The notes: a model not told the origin generated them from the sequence alone. Shown: positions 30,001 to 44,870, counted from the stretch's first letter. The stretch: 64,000 nt of DNA from Eledone cirrhosa (GCA_964016885.1 OZ024752.1:50220001-50284000); one strand, 5' to 3'. Numbers and translations: made by a program.

Positions 30001-30690
30001 TATGCATATACATAAATACATATATATACTTGTATGCATATACATAAATACATATATATACTTGTATGCATATACATAAATACATATATATACTTGTATG
30101 CATATACATAAATACATATATATACTTGTATGCATATGCATAAAGACATATATATACTTGTATGCATATACATAAATACATATATATACTTGTATGCATA
30201 TACATAAATACATATATATACTTGTATGTATATACATAAATACATATATATACTTGTATGCATATACATAAATACATATATATACTTGTATGCATATACA
30301 TAAATACATATATATACTTGTATGCATATACATAAATACATATATATACTTGGATGCATATACATAAATACATATATATACTTGTATGCATATACATAAA
30401 TACATATATATACTTGTATGCATATACATAATACATATATATACTTGTATGCATATACATAAATACATATATATACTTGTATGCATATGCATAAATACAT
30501 ATATATACTTGTATGCATATACATAAATACATATATATACTTGTATGCATATACATAAATACATATATATACTTGTATGCATATACATAATACATATATA
30601 TACTTGTATGCATATACATAAATACATATATATACTTGTATGTATATATATAAATACATATATATACTTGTATGTATATACATAAATATA
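30001..30690. repeat. 32-bp AT-rich minisatellite (~21 copies)
   Basis: Unit tatgcatatacataaatacatatatatacttg. Confidence 0.9.
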
Positions 30691-31028
30691 TATACATATG
30701 AACATACATATATATACATATATATATCATCATCATCATCATCATCACCGTTTTACGTCCGTTCTTCCACGTTAGCATGGGTTAGACGGGTTGTCTTGTT
30801 GTGAGCAGTGTCCGGTCGGTTGACCATGCCTTGATCATACGGGAACTAATTCTGGCTTGATTTCTACAGCTGGATGCCCTTCCTAACACCAACCTCATTT
30901 ATAGGTTGGTGTTAGGAATGGCATCCAGCTGTAGAAATCAAGCCAGAATCATATATACATATACACCTATATATATATACATATACACATATATACATGC
31001 ATATATATATACACACATACACACACAT

Positions 31029-31070
<42 letters not shown>

Positions 31071-31203
31071 TAAAATAACAGATTAAAGTTTAAGCAAAGA
31101 ATCGCTGCTTTCACCCTTATTTGCTCTACGGTTCTTATATATTTGATATATATTTATCCTTATCGAGCCCTCTTTGGATTTTAGTCTTCAAATTTATTAT
31201 TAT

Positions 31204-31238
<35 letters not shown>

Positions 31239-31296
31239 TATTAAACATATACATATATATATATATACTAATATATATACATATATATACATCCAA

Positions 31297-31482
31297 CGGC
31301 GGTGGATTGGCAGTATCGGTAGAGGGTTGGACACCATGCTTTCCAGCATAGTTACGTCCCTTTACGATCTGAGTTCAAATCCCGCCTCGGTTGACTTTGC
31401 CTTTCATCCTTACGGGGTCGATAAAATAAAGTACCAGTAATGCACTGGGTAATTGCTGGCCTTGTGCCTAAAGTAGAAACAA
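31297..31482 (+). mobile_element. tRNA-derived SINE with Meta-like central domain
   Basis: tggcagtatcggtagag...gagttcaaatcccg, then gactttgcctttcatccttacggggtcgataaaataaagtaccag. Many further copies, e.g. ~1625-1790, 13855-13955, 15160-15295, 32020-32170, 52845-52935, 58340-58500. Confidence 0.75.
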
Positions 31483-33664
31483 ATATATATACATATATAT
31501 ATGTGTGTGTGTGTGTGTGTAAATACATTTGTTTAACATCCGAGGTGAGCAGTCACACATAAGGCATGGGAGACTATCCATAAAGATTAAGATTAATACT
31601 ATCTCCAACAGTAATGCCACAATTACCAGCCTTGGTAAATAACTCAGTATTCTTCTGGTGATAATCGTTGAAGACAGCTTTTGTTTGAAATCCTAGAGAT
31701 ATCCATCTAAATACTGAATTCCCTTCACAAACAACATGGCTGGACTCAACAACAACAACAACAACAACACTAGTGAAGAATCAAAGAAAAACAACAGTAA
31801 GAAATGTAAACAGGATCTTTTTAATTGTTGTTACAGAAGGAAGCGAAACTAGAAATTGTATATTACTTGCAGTTAAAAAGGATAAAGATCCCATAACACC
31901 TTGCGAAGTCGTAGAGGCACCATTAAAATAAAGTACCAGTAATGCATTGGGGTTGAATTTAATCAACTTAATCCCCTGCCCTGCCCAAATTGCTGACCTT
32001 CTACCTAAATTATTATCTCCAATGTATTGGCAGTGTCGGTAGAGCATCAGACAACATGAGTTCAAATCACGAGCTCGATAAAATAAAGTACCAGTAATGC
32101 ACTGGGGTCAATTTAATCAACTTTCCCCTCCCCCAAAATTGTTGGCCTTGTGCCTAAATCAGAAACCATTAATGCAAGAATTTAATATTTGAGATATTTC
32201 GTTCCAAAGTTATGCCTTGTTTTTTGTTTGTGTTTTTATTTTATTACATCACCTTCTTTTCGAAATATTAATTATGACAAGCTTTTGCCCCAAATATTCA
32301 CTAAATCGACTGACAGATGAGGATTTACTAACATATCTGTCCCTTTATGTAAAATAACTTAAATAAATTTATAAACAAATAAAAAAAGTATGTATTCAAC
32401 TACCAATTCTAAACAAAAGAAAAGTAGAAATTTCATCAAAGAAAATAACCGACTATAATTATCTAAAAAGTGATTTTAAAGTGATTCAACAATGCCTCCT
32501 TTTATTTTAATTTAATTTATAAATTTCTGTATTAATTCCTAGCTATTTATCTGGAACTCGATTTCATAACCCTCATTATTCCCAAGACTTCCTAACCTGC
32601 ACTTATGATTACTGAATGACCGGGTTTGAAGAAGGCAGCTTTCAAAGATGGCACGGCGAAAACTATCAACATCACAAATTGAAATAACAATATACAATTC
32701 TATAAATTCTTTCTCAAAAGTTACCATAGACATTTTTGCTTTAATATTAAACTTCTTTTTTAAATATTTTTTTTGTTGTATTTGTAGATATATACATTTA
32801 TTTGTTTATTTGTACAGATATATACATTTGTTTGTTTATTTTTAAATGTGATTTCTATAAAGGAATAAAATAGTTGAGAAAAAGAGTTGAAAAATGTACC
32901 GAAAGACTTTTAATCTTTACTATCAAAACATCCATTTTTAAGTGGCTCTTGGGAAAGCAATAAGCATTAATCAAATTTAAAGACTTAAACTAAGATTACA
33001 TATAGAAGAAAACAGCATGTAATTATAATTAGTCACAAGATTAGCTACTTGACTTTGAAATTGACAAATGACTCAATATGTCCAGTTAAGTTCTGATAAA
33101 TTCTAACTTACAGGATTTGCAAGCTATTTCATAATTATAAAAATGCATTCTTAATGGTGAAGAAAGTAAGAAGAGATCCTTCTGACTTCTGAAAGTAATG
33201 TTTGATGATGTTATCTCAAATTTTAACTACTTCATTTGACAAGTGTCCACTTGTATAGATTTAACATTTTCAAACCAGCAAAAAAAACAACAACCTAAAC
33301 AAACAAACAAAAAAACAATAATAATAATAACTCATAATTGGAAAGTATTGTATAAGTATTGATGAGGATAATGGTAATGATCTGAAGCAGGTGCCAAACA
33401 ATCTAAACTTTTACATTGTAACAGATCAATGCAATAAAAATACGCTAATTATTAGACTGAATCACATAAAAGTGTCCTATTACTTATCTAAGCTGTTGTG
33501 TTAACAAACAATATATTACATTGTAAATCTCCTTCTGGTGACTCTTATGAAAGGTTTTCTATCCTAATGTAATAGAATATCAAAGTTGTTAGGAGAAATA
33601 ATAGAACATTAGATCAATGTTATTGATAGAAATGAAAATATTTTGCAGTATTCAATTGGTAACA

Positions 33665-33990
33665 TCTGTAACGGTGGTAATGTTGGTGACACAACAAAAA
33701 GCACCCAGCCCACCCTGTAACGGTGGTAATGTTGGTGACATAACAAAAAGCACCCAGCCCACCCTGTTATGGTGGTAATGTTGGTGACACAACAAAAAGC
33801 ACCCAGCCCACCCTGTAACGGTGGTAATGTTGGTGACACAACAAAAAGCACCCAGCCCACCCTGTAACGGTGGTAATGTTGGTGACACAACAAAAAGCAC
33901 CCAGCCCACCCTGTTATGGTGGTAATGTTGATGACACAACAAAAAGCACCCAGCCCACCCTGTATGGTAGTCATGCTGATGACACAATCA
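33665..33990 (+). repeat. 49-bp minisatellite (~6 copies), same SINE segment
   Basis: Unit gtaacggtggtaatgttggtgacacaacaaaaagcacccagcccaccct, followed by the SINE 3' end. Confidence 0.9.
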
Positions 33991-36169
33991 AAAGGCACCT
34001 AGTCCAACCTGCCAGTTGGTTGTTTTGGTGCCATGATAAAAAGCACCCAGTACATGCTGTAAATGTGGTTGGTATTAGGGAAGGCAACGAAGCCAGAAAC
34101 AATTCTGTATGAGCAAGACATAGTCATCTGATCTGACTTGTCTCACAACATCAGGGCAACTTGTCTAACCCATGCTAGCATGTAAAATGGACATTAAACA
34201 ATGATTCCTCAATATTCAGAATACAAATGTTAACAGGGTTAACTTTATATTTCATCACCCAATCTACATTATATATCTATAAATGTTATGATATGTCAAA
34301 ACCGTTCTAAATGTCAATTTAGATTTTCAAGGAAAAAGATCCAATACTACATAAATGGACCCCTAAACGGTCAAATAATAAAAGAAACTTTTTAATTTAG
34401 CCCCTTTAATTTCTATATTTTTATAAAATACACTGTCTATGATTTTGAATAAATTCTGAAAATAATGAAGAATTTTGAAAGATTTAGTAATATAACTTTT
34501 TCATTTTTAAGTTTTTTCATTTGAAAGATAAACATAATTTTATTACCTAATAATATGATGGAAGGTATCAATTTAAATAGGAACACTTTAACCCTTTCAT
34601 GACCACATTTCTAATAAAATACACTCTATTTTAATCAATTAATGAAGAATTTGAAGAGATTTACTAAAAACCATTAATTATTTCATTACTAAGATAGTAA
34701 CTTAATGTAAGAATCTGGTATAAAATTATGTTGGAAGATTTTAATTTAAATTGGAAACCTTTAAAATGAATGATTTTATTTCATAAAACCAGAGCTGGTT
34801 TTGGCCAGGTTGGTAACTAAAGGGTTAAACAAACAGCTTCTTTTATCATTTGAAGCTGAGACAGTTAGGTATCAGAAGGGTTAACCAAATATGAAATAGT
34901 TGCAGGTGAGGAATATTTTTAAAGAGTAAAAATAACATTTTTTTTAGAAAGACTTTGAAATAGTAGCAAGATAACAAAAAATCTAATGCTAAGTGTTTTA
35001 TAAACGAGAGGGTGGCATTAACCAAAACAAATAAACAAACAAACTAAAAAAAGATATTATCATATACAATAATGACTACATCGGTAACAGGGTCATTCCT
35101 ATTCTACAGAACTCTTTTAGAAACAAAAGCTGAATTTATTCAATCAATAACAGTAAAAATTAGTAACTATTATCCTTAAATGCCTTAAATGAAAAATCTT
35201 TACAAAAACTTTCAACAGTTTAATTTGAATTGAAGAATGCTATGAAAAGTAACCATTTGAAAGAGAATAATTAAGCTCATTACAAGATGAACTACAAACA
35301 CAAAATATTATAATCCTTGAAGACATTTAATTAGCATAAAGAGCTAAGAATTAATTCTAATGGTGCTAAAGCCATTGATCAGTCAACATTCCCAGCAATC
35401 AGGAAGAAGAATTCAATAAATGCATAAATGTTGGTTTAGAAGTTAAAAGCATCTGCTAAATCAGGCAAAGCGTTCATCCATTGAAACCGAAATGGCCTTC
35501 GATGGTTGGTCTGAAATGTCCAGCAAAATTGGTGAATATTCCCAATTTTTCATGCAATATTTCCATAATTACAACTTTAATAAGCTGATCAATACTTTCA
35601 TCTTTTTATATCACCAAACAATGCAGATATAATGAATTTCATGTGATCATTTTCTCTTGTTTTCTTTATTAAACACACACAGAGTGAATATATATATATA
35701 TATATACATATATATATACATATATATATATACATATATATATACATATATATATATATACATACAATATATGCACATAAAGAGTCATTGTTTTAAAAAT
35801 GAAAAAGTACAATTTTTTCAATGGTGAGTGAATAAAGTAATTTATTTTAAGTTTTTTAACCCTTCGTTACCATATTATTCATTTAGTAACTAACAATAAA
35901 GTAAATCTTTTAGTTTTATTTATCAGTAAAAATATGATACAACACACACACACAACATGGATATACACATCATCCTCATCATCATCATTTTACATCCGCT
36001 TTTCCCTGTCTGCAAGGGTAGGACGGATCCTATTCAGCACAGCATCTCTCCACTTGTCACGGTCCTTCGTGAAAAATCATGTTGTTCGACGCTCTACCTA
36101 TTACTGCTAATCCGGGGCTCCATTAACAAGACAATGCTGCAATCAATAAAATGAATCAATACAACTTAC

Positions 36170-36535
36170 CTTTGTTCAATAGATTCTGACCCATCAGCAT
36201 GGCTTTTAATTTTGTAATCTCCTCTTGATACTCTCTAAGCAGAACTTCTTTGGGATCTTCATTAATTTTGGGTTTATTCTTGATATTTTTAGCTCTGTTG
36301 GCATATCGTAAAGTACTAAGTGTTTCATCATAATTGTTGTCAGCAGGTGACAAACACGCTATCATCAGGGTCTTTGTATTACCTCCCAAAGAATCTTGCA
36401 GCAGTCTGGTTAGTCTTGAGTCTCGGTAAGGTATATGCTTCACTTTAGAATTCACCAAGGCTGATATTACGTTTCCTAAAGCTGACAAAGAAAGGTTGAT
36501 CTTCGAAGCTTCTTTCAACCGATCACCACTGGCAC
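36170..36535 (-). CDS. KIF17: KIF17-like exon: end of motor domain, neck linker, neck coil
   Basis: Encodes (G)[26 protein letters not shown]...[23 protein letters not shown]...[37 protein letters not shown]...LLNK. Acceptor ttttgtcatcttcag|GT; donor AAAG|gtaagt. 366 nt, phase 1/1. Confidence 0.95.
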
Positions 36536-36589
36536 CTGAAGATGACAAAATATTTAAAAAACAAAATATCACATTAATTTTATTGATGA

Positions 36590-36908
36590 TGCCAAGAGAA
36601 AAAGCACCTAGTTCACAGAGTAAGATAGTCATGCTGGTGACATGACAAAAACTTCCCAGTCCACACAGTAAGGTGGTCATGCTGGTGACATGACAAAAAC
36701 TTCCCAGTCCACACTGTAAGGTGGTCATGCTGGTGACATGACAAAAAGTGCCCAGTCCACACTGTAAGGTGGTCATGTTGGTGACATGACAAAAATTGCC
36801 CAGTCCACACTGTAAGGTGGTCATGCTGGTGACATGACAAAAAGTGCCCAGTCCACACTGTAAGGTGGTCATGTTGGTGACATGACAAAAAGTGCCCAGT
36901 CCACACTA
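36590..36908 (+). repeat. 48-bp minisatellite (~6.5 copies), same SINE segment
   Basis: Unit gtgacatgacaaaaa(ctt/gtg)cccagtccacactgtaaggtggtcatgctg. Confidence 0.9.
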
Positions 36909-36932
36909 TAATGTGGAGCAGGAGGAGGATGG

Positions 36933-36965
<33 letters not shown>

Positions 36966-37249
36966 GACTAAAGGAATGAAGACAAAATATAAAAATAAAG
37001 TGAAATAAGCAATTATCCTCTGTAAAGAGTAGCAACAGGTATACGACTACTCCACAATGATAGGGTTATGGCAGGCTACATCTGTTGCAAGCATAGTACT
37101 CTTTAATATCTAACCTTTTCATGCCAAAGCACCTTAAATTATACCTGATTCTATGATATAAATCTGTTTATTTAAAAGTGATTACATTTCTTTAGAAACT
37201 TTCCATCATATTTTTATGTAAGAACCATTGTTATGTTCCAAATACTAGT

Positions 37250-37477
37250 TTAACCTTTTAGCATTTACATTACTCTATATTTACTATTATATTTTTATGG
37301 TAAAGGCTTTAACCCACATAATTATCTCACATAATATCAAATCTATGAAATTTTGATATTATTTATTTTGAGAAAAATACCTTAACATAAGTATGAGAGA
37401 CAAGTTACAGCCAATTTGAACAGAAAGAGGTGAGAGAATACTGGTTAGATACGGCCAGTTTAAATGCTAAAAAGTTA
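37250..37477. mobile_element. piggyBac-type MITE (decayed ends)
   Basis: Body colinear with 19043-19271. Confidence 0.7.
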
Positions 37478-38564
37478 TGTTACTACATCTCTCTAAATTC
37501 TTAATTAATTTCAAAATAGTTTGAAAATCATAAGCACCGTTTTTGTTTTTCATTAAAAAATTCAAGTAATGAAAGAATTAAGGAGACAAATGGCAAAAAT
37601 ATATCTAACATTTTAGTTAAATAATGTGGAATTTGAACCCATAATCTGTAGGCTACTAGATAACTGACCTCAAAGATTGACCATGAATATGAAACAAAAA
37701 AAAATTGGTAGAAGTTAATTTTAAAAGAATATATAACCTTAGTAACTAATCCAAAACAGAGCATGACTTCATATAATTAACACTGGTGACTTTCTTAGAA
37801 GTTCAGTTAAAAGAATTTAGGTAAGCAGCAACTAAAGTAGTCTTTTAATAAGATAATTTCATAAAGAGAAAGAAAGAAGAGGAGGTAAATGAAGTGAAAG
37901 AAAAGACTTTCATAAGAGATGATGCTGATGATAATAACAAGGCAAAGAACAATGAATCAGAAATCATTATAATTAGATGTTCTTTAATGAAGAATAAAGA
38001 AAGTTTTGACAAAATAAAAGAACTGAGAAGATTGGCAAATATCCATGTTTACCAATGAGAAGAGGAAAGAAAGTAAGGCTGGGGTGGGGAAGATCATTCA
38101 TTTGGAGAATTAATTTTCTAATACCATATACTTTGAAATAAATACAGAATACTAATGTATAGAGAGAAATAATGTATTGGTAATCTTAGTAATTCCCTCT
38201 TTCTCCTTATATATATATATACATGTACATATATATACATGTATATATATGTATACATGTACATATATATATATGTATGTATATATATATACATGTACAT
38301 ATATATACATGTATATATATATACATGTACATATATATATATGTATATATATATATACATGTACATATATATACATGTATATATATATATATACATGTAC
38401 ATATATATACATGTATATATATATATACATGTACATATATATACATATATGTGTATATGTATATATCATTGTATATATATATATATATACATGTACATAT
38501 ATATATATGTATGTATATATATATACATGTACATATATATACATATATGTGTATATGTATATAT

Positions 38565-38632
<68 letters not shown>

Positions 38633-38673
38633 ATATTTAATAAATGGAAACTATATTTATAAAACCATATTTA

Positions 38674-38731
38674 TTCTATTATATATATTTCAAGGGTACC
38701 AAAACTTTTGGTACGCTCTCATCAGATAAAA
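38674..38731 (-). ncRNA. Type I hammerhead ribozyme motif
   Basis: Minus strand reads ttttat CTGATGA gag-c-gtaccaaaa-g-ttttggtac-c-ctt GAAA tatata TA atagaa. Confidence 0.8.
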
Positions 38732-39343
38732 TACAAAGTTTGTTTTATAAATTTTGACATAACCAAGAAAAAATACCTTAAACGGTTCAAGTTTTTCCTG
38801 GATAGTGAAGGGAAAGAGAAGAAAAGTCAGATATTTCAAATTATTAAGATGAGTATGCAAATGAGGTTGAGGTATAGGGCTGAAAAAACGTTATTTTAGA
38901 CACTATGCAGAATTTAAATAATTAGGATATATGTATGAGTAGGAAGAAGAAAAAAAGAAAGAAGAGCTTGTATTTACGTTAATTTAAAAGGAATTAACAA
39001 TTTGCAGGAATGGTGGAATATGATTCCAGAATTTAAAATTCATTTAACCATATTATGAGTTATAATATTGTATATATAATCAATTAAATTATATGAAGAA
39101 TTATGGTTGTAAGTAGATTTTATCTTATTACATTACAACAGGTTGTAAGTATATAAATATCTATATAGATTAATAATTGTGCATGTATAAGTATTATAAA
39201 AATAAGTTACAATTATTAGTTGTTTACATTTCTCATAAGAGTTACGAAGGATGTTGATTCTGCATTTTACATAAAAAAACACAAATGTTTTCAGAATATT
39301 GTTAATTTAGCGAAAAGCCATGTGCTTCCATGAAGCTAGGATA

Positions 39344-39415
<72 letters not shown>

Positions 39416-39532
39416 TTATGACTCCAGTTCCCCAGTGAATTAACAACCCAACAAGGAACTGGGCATATCAGAGTATTGACAATATCATACACCTAAATAA
39501 CATATGTACTTGTCTATACCACACTAATTCAA

Positions 39533-39587
39533 ACTGCCTGAAGAGGTCACAGCCAAAGATGGCTGTCACTGAAATATATATAGCAGT
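39533..39587 (+). ncRNA. Type I hammerhead ribozyme motif
   Basis: actgc CTGAAGA ggt-c-acagcca-aaga-tggctgt-c-act GAAA tatata TA gcagt, followed by aataaa. The surrounding unit (~39415-39640) lies between (TA)n tracts. Confidence 0.85.
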
Positions 39588-39656
39588 AATAAACGAAGCT
39601 AAATTTTAATCATTTGACTTTTATTTAACTTTATTTTATATATATATATATATATA

Positions 39657-39723
<67 letters not shown>

Positions 39724-40531
39724 CTGTTTCAGGAATTGTGATCAATAGATAGTATCAGCAATGAAAAGAAACCAATGGAAACATTGTCTCCTTGGTCCAA
39801 TTTGACAAGTTCCATCTCACTCAGTAAACAAATGAGATATAAAAATCTTGTCGATCATTTAAAAAGAACAGATATTTATCTAAAACTAAACTGGATACCT
39901 TCCATTATATTTTTACATAAGAATCTTCCAAACACCAATTTAGTAATGAGAAATATATCAAATATATCAAATTTTTCTAAATTCTTGATTATTGGAAAAT
40001 TATATTCAGTATTTTTCATTAGAAATACGGTAGTGAAAGGGTTAGTGATAAGACAACTTAGAAACTTCTTAGAAACAACAATATTGAAATAAACTAAAAC
40101 AAAATAGATAATGGAGCCTTTTGAATCTGAACAGTGGGTCGGTATTGTAAATCTTTTGACATTTAAAAACTGCTTTTGTTTCTGTAAAACTTTTCTTTTT
40201 TGTGTGTTTATGTGTCATCCAAACTGATCGTTTTTATTATTATATGTAATGTACAGTATGGGGGCTATGGTGGTTGAGGGCGGGGGAAGACATGAAGGAA
40301 AAGAATTTTGAGTTAATTGTGTTTGATTAGCAGCATTTTTACCTTTTTTTTTTTTTTTAAATAAAGAGAGAGAGAGAGTAAAACAGAGATATATAAATCG
40401 CAAGGGCATGGAGTTGTGTAGTGTTGTTGTTTTTTATCAGGTAGGTCAGGAGGAAGGGGCAGTATACAACAGAGGTTTGTCATCTGGAGACTTAAATTAA
40501 AAATTCCACAGTAGCATAACAACAACAAAAC

Positions 40532-40573
<42 letters not shown>

Positions 40574-40810
40574 TAATGATGATGATGATGATGATGATAA
40601 TAATAATAAAATGATAGCAGTTTGTTTTGTTTTTTGTTGATTTTTTTTATTTTTAATTCATATGTCAAATTTCCAACTCATAAAGTACTTTTGTTTTCTG
40701 AAATTAATTTACCAATGTCATAAACAACATATTTGTGTAGATACCATTCTAAAAAAAAACAAAAAACAAAAACACAATAATCATTGAAAAATTATAACAT
40801 ACATAAACAA

Positions 40811-40904
<94 letters not shown>

Positions 40905-40918
40905 GTATATATATACAC

Positions 40919-40967
<49 letters not shown>

Positions 40968-40968
40968 C

Positions 40969-41037
<69 letters not shown>

Positions 41038-41092
41038 AATATATATATATGTATATATATATACATATATATATATATGTATATATATATAC

Positions 41093-41195
<103 letters not shown>

Positions 41196-42009
41196 TGTAT
41201 GTATATATATAAATATACATATTGTATATATAAATAAACATATATATACACACACACACACACACATATACATATATATACATGTATATATGAAAAGAAA
41301 AAAAAATAAACCTCTGAAACCCATTAACAGGGATTATCCGTTTTTCTAAATCTGCACAACTGCTATTGTGTCAATTTGAACCCTTCCAAATGTCTTGACG
41401 AATTTAGGCAAATGTATCCTTCAAATTTAACATAAAAATACAAAATGATTTTCTATTTTCTATTACTGCAGTGACTGAAGTTGTCTTTTTCTCTCTCCAA
41501 CATATTTTGTGAATTCAAATGAAGGCTTTTTAAGCCATGTTGAGTCAATTTTAAAGAAAGTTAATAATTTCAACCTTAAGAATTGTACCATTTTTATTTT
41601 TTCCTTTTTAAACTTTCTCATATGTAAATACATTTTATTGATGACATCCCATCAATTTCTAAAATGTTTATAACATTTAAATCACAGCTAAGAAATAAAT
41701 TCTTTAAACCAAAACACTAAACATTTATTTGCATCATATTAAAGAGTTAAAACATAAATTAAAAACCAAAATATAACAACAAATACATACAATATCCTAG
41801 ATTTCAATAATTTAATTTAAACATTTGATACCAAATTCCATTTTTACATACCTATATACAATATCATCATCATCACTTATATATATATATATATATATAA
41901 CTCTTAACTCCTAACTCTCCACATGATGCCTTTGACACTAATAACAACTATGTACCCTAAATGTTCTAAATGACTAGGATTCTAGTTACACGTTTTCGAC
42001 ATTCCTTAT

Positions 42010-42054
42010 GCTCTGATGATTCCAGACTTCCTTCTGGAAGAAACAATTGTCAGC
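42010..42054 (+). ncRNA. Minimal type I hammerhead ribozyme motif
   Basis: gct CTGATGA ttccaga-cttcct-tctggaa GAAA caattg TC agc. Perfect 7-bp stem II, palindromic stem III, GUC triplet, aataaa downstream. Unit ~41900-42098 lies between (TA)n. Confidence 0.85.
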
Positions 42055-42097
42055 TAATAAATGTTCTAAACTAAAATTTGATCGTTTTAACACTTTG

Positions 42098-42128
<31 letters not shown>

Positions 42129-42313
42129 TGTATAAATAAGGAAATGAACCATATTATGCATAACCGCAGTTGACAATGCATATAATGTTGAAACCGGTAC
42201 CATTATTAAATGCAGAAATATCCTCTTTATAAATAAATAAATGTTTTGATATTATACTGAAAGAATCTCTTCAGCATTTTCTACTGAAAAAATCTTTTTC
42301 CTTTCTACTATTT

Positions 42314-42374
<61 letters not shown>

Positions 42375-42378
<4 letters not shown>

Positions 42379-42513
42379 TCCAGAATTAGCCGTCGAAACG
42401 GCTTGAGCTCAGCCGTCGGGGTCCTACTCATTCCTATTACCCACTCTACTACCCTATGTATTGAGTACTTTGGTGCGTTATGGTCCACCTGGTTCCTTAC
42501 CACATTTCCTTTG

Positions 42514-42516
<3 letters not shown>
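42375..42516 (+). mobile_element. 5'-truncated pLTR-like unit (hammerhead 3' half) in (TA)n
   Basis: gtcGAAAcggcttgagctcagccgTCggggtc...; near-identical to 61466-61604. Confidence 0.55.
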
Positions 42517-42564
<48 letters not shown>

Positions 42565-43086
42565 TGTGTGTAATAAAATATCTGTAGGTGTGAAACAGGC
42601 ATATTATCATCATCATCATCATTTAACAGCTACTTTCCCTGTTGGTTAGGGTTGAACGGGTCTACACAGACCAAGTCAGTACTGAAGTGGGACCACTAGT
42701 GTCCCAGACAGGCCAAGCAATTGGTTATCCTGCTTAAATATGGGCATTATCGAGTGCAGAGGAGTTGTGTCTTTTGACACAAAACTGAAGAATCCTCCTA
42801 ACCCCTAGTTTTGCAAGCTTTCTATAACTGGATGCCCTGCCAAACACCAACTACTTTACAGAGTGTACTGGGTGCTTTTATTGTGTAGATCACCAGTATT
42901 AGGGAGGGTGTCATGTCCTTGGCATAACTAAAGGTAAGCTTTCTAATTATATTGAATTATCACGGCATATTTGTAGATAAACAGCTTTGTATCATAAAAC
43001 CAGAAGGGATTACAGGCAGTTTGATATAAGAAGAGTTAAGAAATATATATCAGAAATATATAACACAAACATTTCTATTCACTTGC

Positions 43087-43320
43087 CTGATTTTACTTGT
43101 CTCTCACTGCCTGCTAAATCAACAAGATTTAGTTTCCCTGCCCTTATGTGTTCTTCACCAGAATCTTGCTTGGTAATCATTTCAAGTTGAATGGTAAATA
43201 TAGAATGACTGCGAGAGGAATCTTTATTCATGAGTGTGGCCCCTGTTGTGCGGTTATGCCAACCTTTTTCCATGATTCGTCCACACTCTTCAACGTTTTG
43301 AACTGTGTGATATGATAACC
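43087..43320 (-). CDS. KIF17: Kinesin-2 (KIF17/OSM-3-like) motor-domain exon with switch I and switch II
   Basis: Encodes (G)[47 protein letters not shown]...[17 protein letters not shown](G). Acceptor cttttcattttgcag|GG; donor TCAG|gcaagt (GC). 234 nt, phase 1/1. Confidence 0.93.
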
Positions 43321-44827
43321 CTGCAAAATGAAAAGAAGTTATGACAATTAAGCTTTTTAACCATTTCGTTAGCATATTTTTAATTAAATACATATCTATT
43401 TCAATTAATTTTAACCACCTTTTATAAGAATCTGTCCCCAAAAACCACATCTAATTCTATTAGAAAAAAACCCCACTCATGCTGGAGAGTTCCTATTTAA
43501 ATTAAAACCTTCCAGTATAAGTTTGTATAAGAACCATGGTTTTAGTAAATCTCTCTGAATTAATTTATTAAGATAAAGTTTCATTTCATCAGAAATACAG
43601 TCATAAAATGGTTAAAACAATCAAAACATTGGGAGAGGTTTTGTAATATAGCTAACTTCTAACTTATTACTGTGGAGATATAACATATAACTTTACAAAA
43701 GATTCTAACTTGAAATTATGACAGGTTTAAATTTCAATATGGACACCTCAAATTGTAAGATACACAGAGGCAGCCTCAGGTGGTTTGATATCAAAAACGT
43801 TGTTACTTTACTACAAAAGTTTAATGAAAGCACATATTCATTTTTTTAAACCCATCAAACAAGCTAAGATGAAAATTCAATATTTGAATATTTACTCAGT
43901 TTTTTTTAAATATCAGGATCCTTTTTTCTAATTATCCGTGTTTCTAATTTGTGAATTCATTATTAAAAAAGTAAAGAGCTTAAAATGAACTAACAGTGTT
44001 TTAGTACAAATCTCAAATATTGAAATATTAATAGTCTATTAAAACATTTGATAAAACACAATTTCAATAAATCACACGACTGGTATAATTGGCAAAAATT
44101 AAGCTGTTTACACAATTGCATTTCATAGCTGCAGCCTTTATTCTAAAATGTTATACTATGTAGATGATAATGATGATGATGAAGGCAACAAATTGACAGA
44201 GTCATTAGAAAGCTTCATAGTATTTTTTCCAGCGCTCTGCATACTGAGTTCAAATCCAGTGGAGGTGAACTTTACCTTTCTTCCTTTCAAAGCTAAGGTA
44301 AACATCACTCACCAAGAGACCACTGTGTAGTAGGATTGAAACAGAGTTCTTGTGATTGTGAAACAAGCTCCTTAACCTTAACTATATTCTGTCTGCAATA
44401 TAGGTGTTGTATGAATCCAGATTAGAATAGATATATTATATCCCTGTCTGTCATTAGAGGCAACTAAAAGGGTTGGCACTAGGCAGAGCATTCGGCTGGA
44501 AAAATTACCTTAAGAAAGATCTCTTGGTGTGTATAAAGCATGTCAAGAAACCTGTTTAGAAGGTGGGGAATTGGCCTTACAACACCTGTTGTGTGATTGA
44601 AATAACAGATTAAAGTTTAAGCAAAGAATCGCTGCTTTCACCCTTAACGGGATCTTCTGAAACTAAAAAAAATCAATCTGTGAACGCAGAAGTAAATATT
44701 TCGAAAAACGTTGCAACCGAAGGAAGACAGGAAGACGATACTTTGGTTCATGGAAACGTTCCCTGGCAAAGAACGAAAAAAAACGAAGATAATACGTAAT
44801 TATTTGGGGCAGTGAAACAATTACATG

Positions 44828-44870
<43 letters not shown>

